A DNA stretch of 63,477 bases, filler included, from Aduncisulcus paluster (Eukaryota), in the NCBI GenBank assembly GCA_024181965.1. It is 7 parts of 7 records of this genome, joined end to end, with 100 filler letters (N's around TTAATTAATTAA, not from the genome) between each part and the next. Parts side by side here need not be neighbours in the genome. Positions count along the whole stretch, not along the records: positions 57,552 to 63,477 come from BQXS01009974.1; 6 more parts are not named here. One strand, written 5' to 3'. Made by a program: the position numbers and the translations under genes. Shown here in pieces: positions 61,301 to 63,477 of the stretch (the first letter of the stretch is position 1; each line of letters opens with the position of its first letter). Under the pieces are notes generated by a model. That model saw nothing but the letters and a program-made list of their open reading frames with translations, was not told the DNA's origin and ran no database searches.

Positions 61301-62415
61301 CCAAAAAAGGGAAACAACCAAATTCTTTGGCTCATTTACGAGCTTCGTACGTTTTCGAGCGGGTTTCTGTGGACACAGTAGGCCCCTTGGAACCAGACAA
61401 GAATGAGTTTAAACATTTTATGGTCGTGATCGACGACTTCTCGAGATTCACCATTATTATTCCTGTGAAATCGTTGACAGCTGAGGAGATATCACAATCA
61501 CTTTTCGCCAGCGTGTTTTCAATCCACGGCTGCCCTGGCACAATCCGTTCCGATGGGGGTTTTACTTCTGCTTTAACAGCCGAGCTATGTCGTTTGTGTG
61601 ACATAAAATCAATAATCACGCTACCCTACAACCATGAAGAAAATGGTCTGGTTGAGAGGGCCAACAGAGAAGTTAGAAGACTTATCAGAGCTTTCTATAT
61701 GTCACATGAAGTCCAAGACTACAGAATTGATGCCGGAATGATGTCTGCCGCCATTAATTCGAGAATACACTCAGCAACTAAAGTCGCTCCGTATACAGCA
61801 GTGTTTGGTACACTGAGAAGACTCAACACGGTACCCTTTGAACCCCATCCAGCCTTTACTTCATCAAAAGACTCTATCGAGAAATTAAACGAAAGAATTT
61901 CTTCTGTCCATGAGTTTTTAAAGAAGAATCAAGAGGAATCCTATAGAAAAAGGGATAAACCAATGAAAGAAACGGACTTGTTCGAAATCGGAGAATCAAT
62001 CCTACTTTTCCCGAAGGTTACACCGAAGAAACAGTCGCCAGTTCTTCAGGGACCGTTTATTATAAGCGAAATACACGGGGAAAAGTTCACACTAACTTCC
62101 CTCGATAAGAGTAGAACATTCATAGCACCACGTCGTCGCCTGAGGAAATATCATAAAGGAACTGAATCCGAGGAGACGATCACGAAGATATCAGCGAAGG
62201 ACGAAAACGAGTTTATTGTAGAAAAGATCATCCGAAAAAGATACGGGACCAAACGTCCCATCGAGTTCAGGGTCAGATGGGCCGGCTACGGCCCTGACGA
62301 GGACTCATGGCTGACTTGGAAAGAAGTCAAAGATTTGGAGGCACTTGATAAGTTTTTAGAAGAAAACGCCTCACTAAAAAACAAAATAGAATCAAAGAAA
62401 ACAAGATTAAGATAG
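58354..62415 (+). mobile_element. Intact single-ORF Ty3/gypsy chromovirus gag-pol (gag, CCHC, PR, RT, RH, IN, chromodomain)
   Basis: CKDCHEEGHYSYNC; LLDTGA; YLDD; RTDAS/ETDH; HIELGH..CLIC; DTVGP/SDGG/VERAN; GPF; chromodomain FIVEKII...FRVRWAGYGPDEDSW. Confidence 0.97.
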
Positions 62416-63477
62416 TTTAAGTCTGATTTCTACAGTAATTACAATGTTTAATCGGTCCTTTAATAGTCCCATTTTTTCGAATCAATACTCGTGTGAATAA
62501 CGAGTAAACACATTTTTGTATGTTATTAGACAATTTTATTTCATATTAAATTAATTATTTCAGTTATAATTATCATTTTAGGTACTTTTAGAAAAAATAT
62601 TTTTTCGTCAAGAATTGGCATATCCAATTAATTTTACACGTATTATTAATGATATATTTGATTTTACAATCAAAAAGGTGGTTTTCAGGTCTACAAACGC
62701 TAATACAAAGACGTTAGGCAATTTCTTGAAAGACATAATTCTCTCAAAAAATTACATCTGATTATTACATTAATAACATTTTAATTGAATATTACTATGT
62801 TTATTTTTATATTAGACGTTTCTCCACCGAGTTACGACTTGATTGGATATCTTTCAGCCAAAAAACAGATAAGAGGTTAAATCAGGATAAATCCGTATTT
62901 GACCAATTTCAACCCGGTCGAATTCATCCTGATTTACCCAGATCTTATCATTTCTGTAGAAATCGTTTTTGCCGCGATTACCCATATTTATATAAAATAA
63001 TAATATTTAAATTATAATAAGAGGTCTATGTTAAATATTTTTCATTTATTTATTTTGTGGTGATGTTCTAATTTTTCTCAATCTTTGATATATTATTATT
63101 TATTTATTTGTTTTATAATTATATTTTATTTATTTTATTTAATTTATATTTATTTTATTTATATTTCATTGTTGATTCGATTATTGATTAATTGATTTCT
63201 TCAACGAGATTCTGATTCATCTTAAACAGTAAATTGTCTTCAAGCATAGTCTTGCTAAGATTGGTTTTATTCTTATAACTAAGGTAACACCACATTTTGA
63301 TCAAAATTATCTTAAATTACCTTATTTTTGTGTGTTGTGTGACAAGTGAGTACTTTCAGTGATTGTGATGAACCCCAGTGACGCCGGTGATATTATAAGT
63401 GGTAGTGCTAAGAAACCTTCTAAAAGTGAAACTAAACGTGTGAAACGTAGTGAGAAAACTTCAAAGTCCAGTGTAAA

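Noticed and set aside
245-61619. Numerous short antisense or overlapping ORFs in the track
   Set aside because: Shadow frames of longer genes or AT-rich noise with no motifs.
1-63477. Alternative genetic code (TAA/TAG read as Gln, as in hexamitid diplomonads)
   Set aside because: IFT88 and PHF5A end at TAA and MATE at TAG, at plausible C-termini.
1-63477. CRISPR arrays, rRNA, tRNA, hammerhead ribozymes
   Set aside because: No repeat-spacer array or recognisable rRNA/tRNA seen by eye; the CTGATGA hits I checked showed no convincing hammerhead context. Not exhaustive without covariance searches.

Overview
Eukaryotic, AT-rich, intron-poor genomic DNA in the standard genetic code. It comes from a flagellated protist; the gene families resemble a Carpediemonas-like fornicate such as Aduncisulcus, which is an inference. 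The window is not one locus: seven pieces are joined by artificial 100-bp N44-TTAATTAATTAA-N44 linkers (9463, 11910, 13938, 30489, 41871, 57452), and three 20-N gaps are flanked by overlap duplications. Recognisable genes are a truncated tyrosine recombinase, copine, TMEM231 head-to-head with IFT88, a CENP-C/Mif2-like protein, PHF5A/Rds3 with an 85-nt GTATGT intron, a bacterial-type MATE transporter, a kinase, and a repeat-domain family member with a pseudogene paralogue. Contig 41971-57451 is a 15.5-kb mosaic of short, almost entirely co-oriented Ty3/gypsy, hAT and other transposase fragments, with snap-back palindromes at several junctions. The last contig holds an intact single-ORF chromovirus gag-pol with no visible 3' LTR. 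Best leads are the co-oriented transposon archive, the eukaryotic tyrosine recombinase, the divergent CENP-C, the palindromic retroelement leaders and a possible minimal U1-like RNA.
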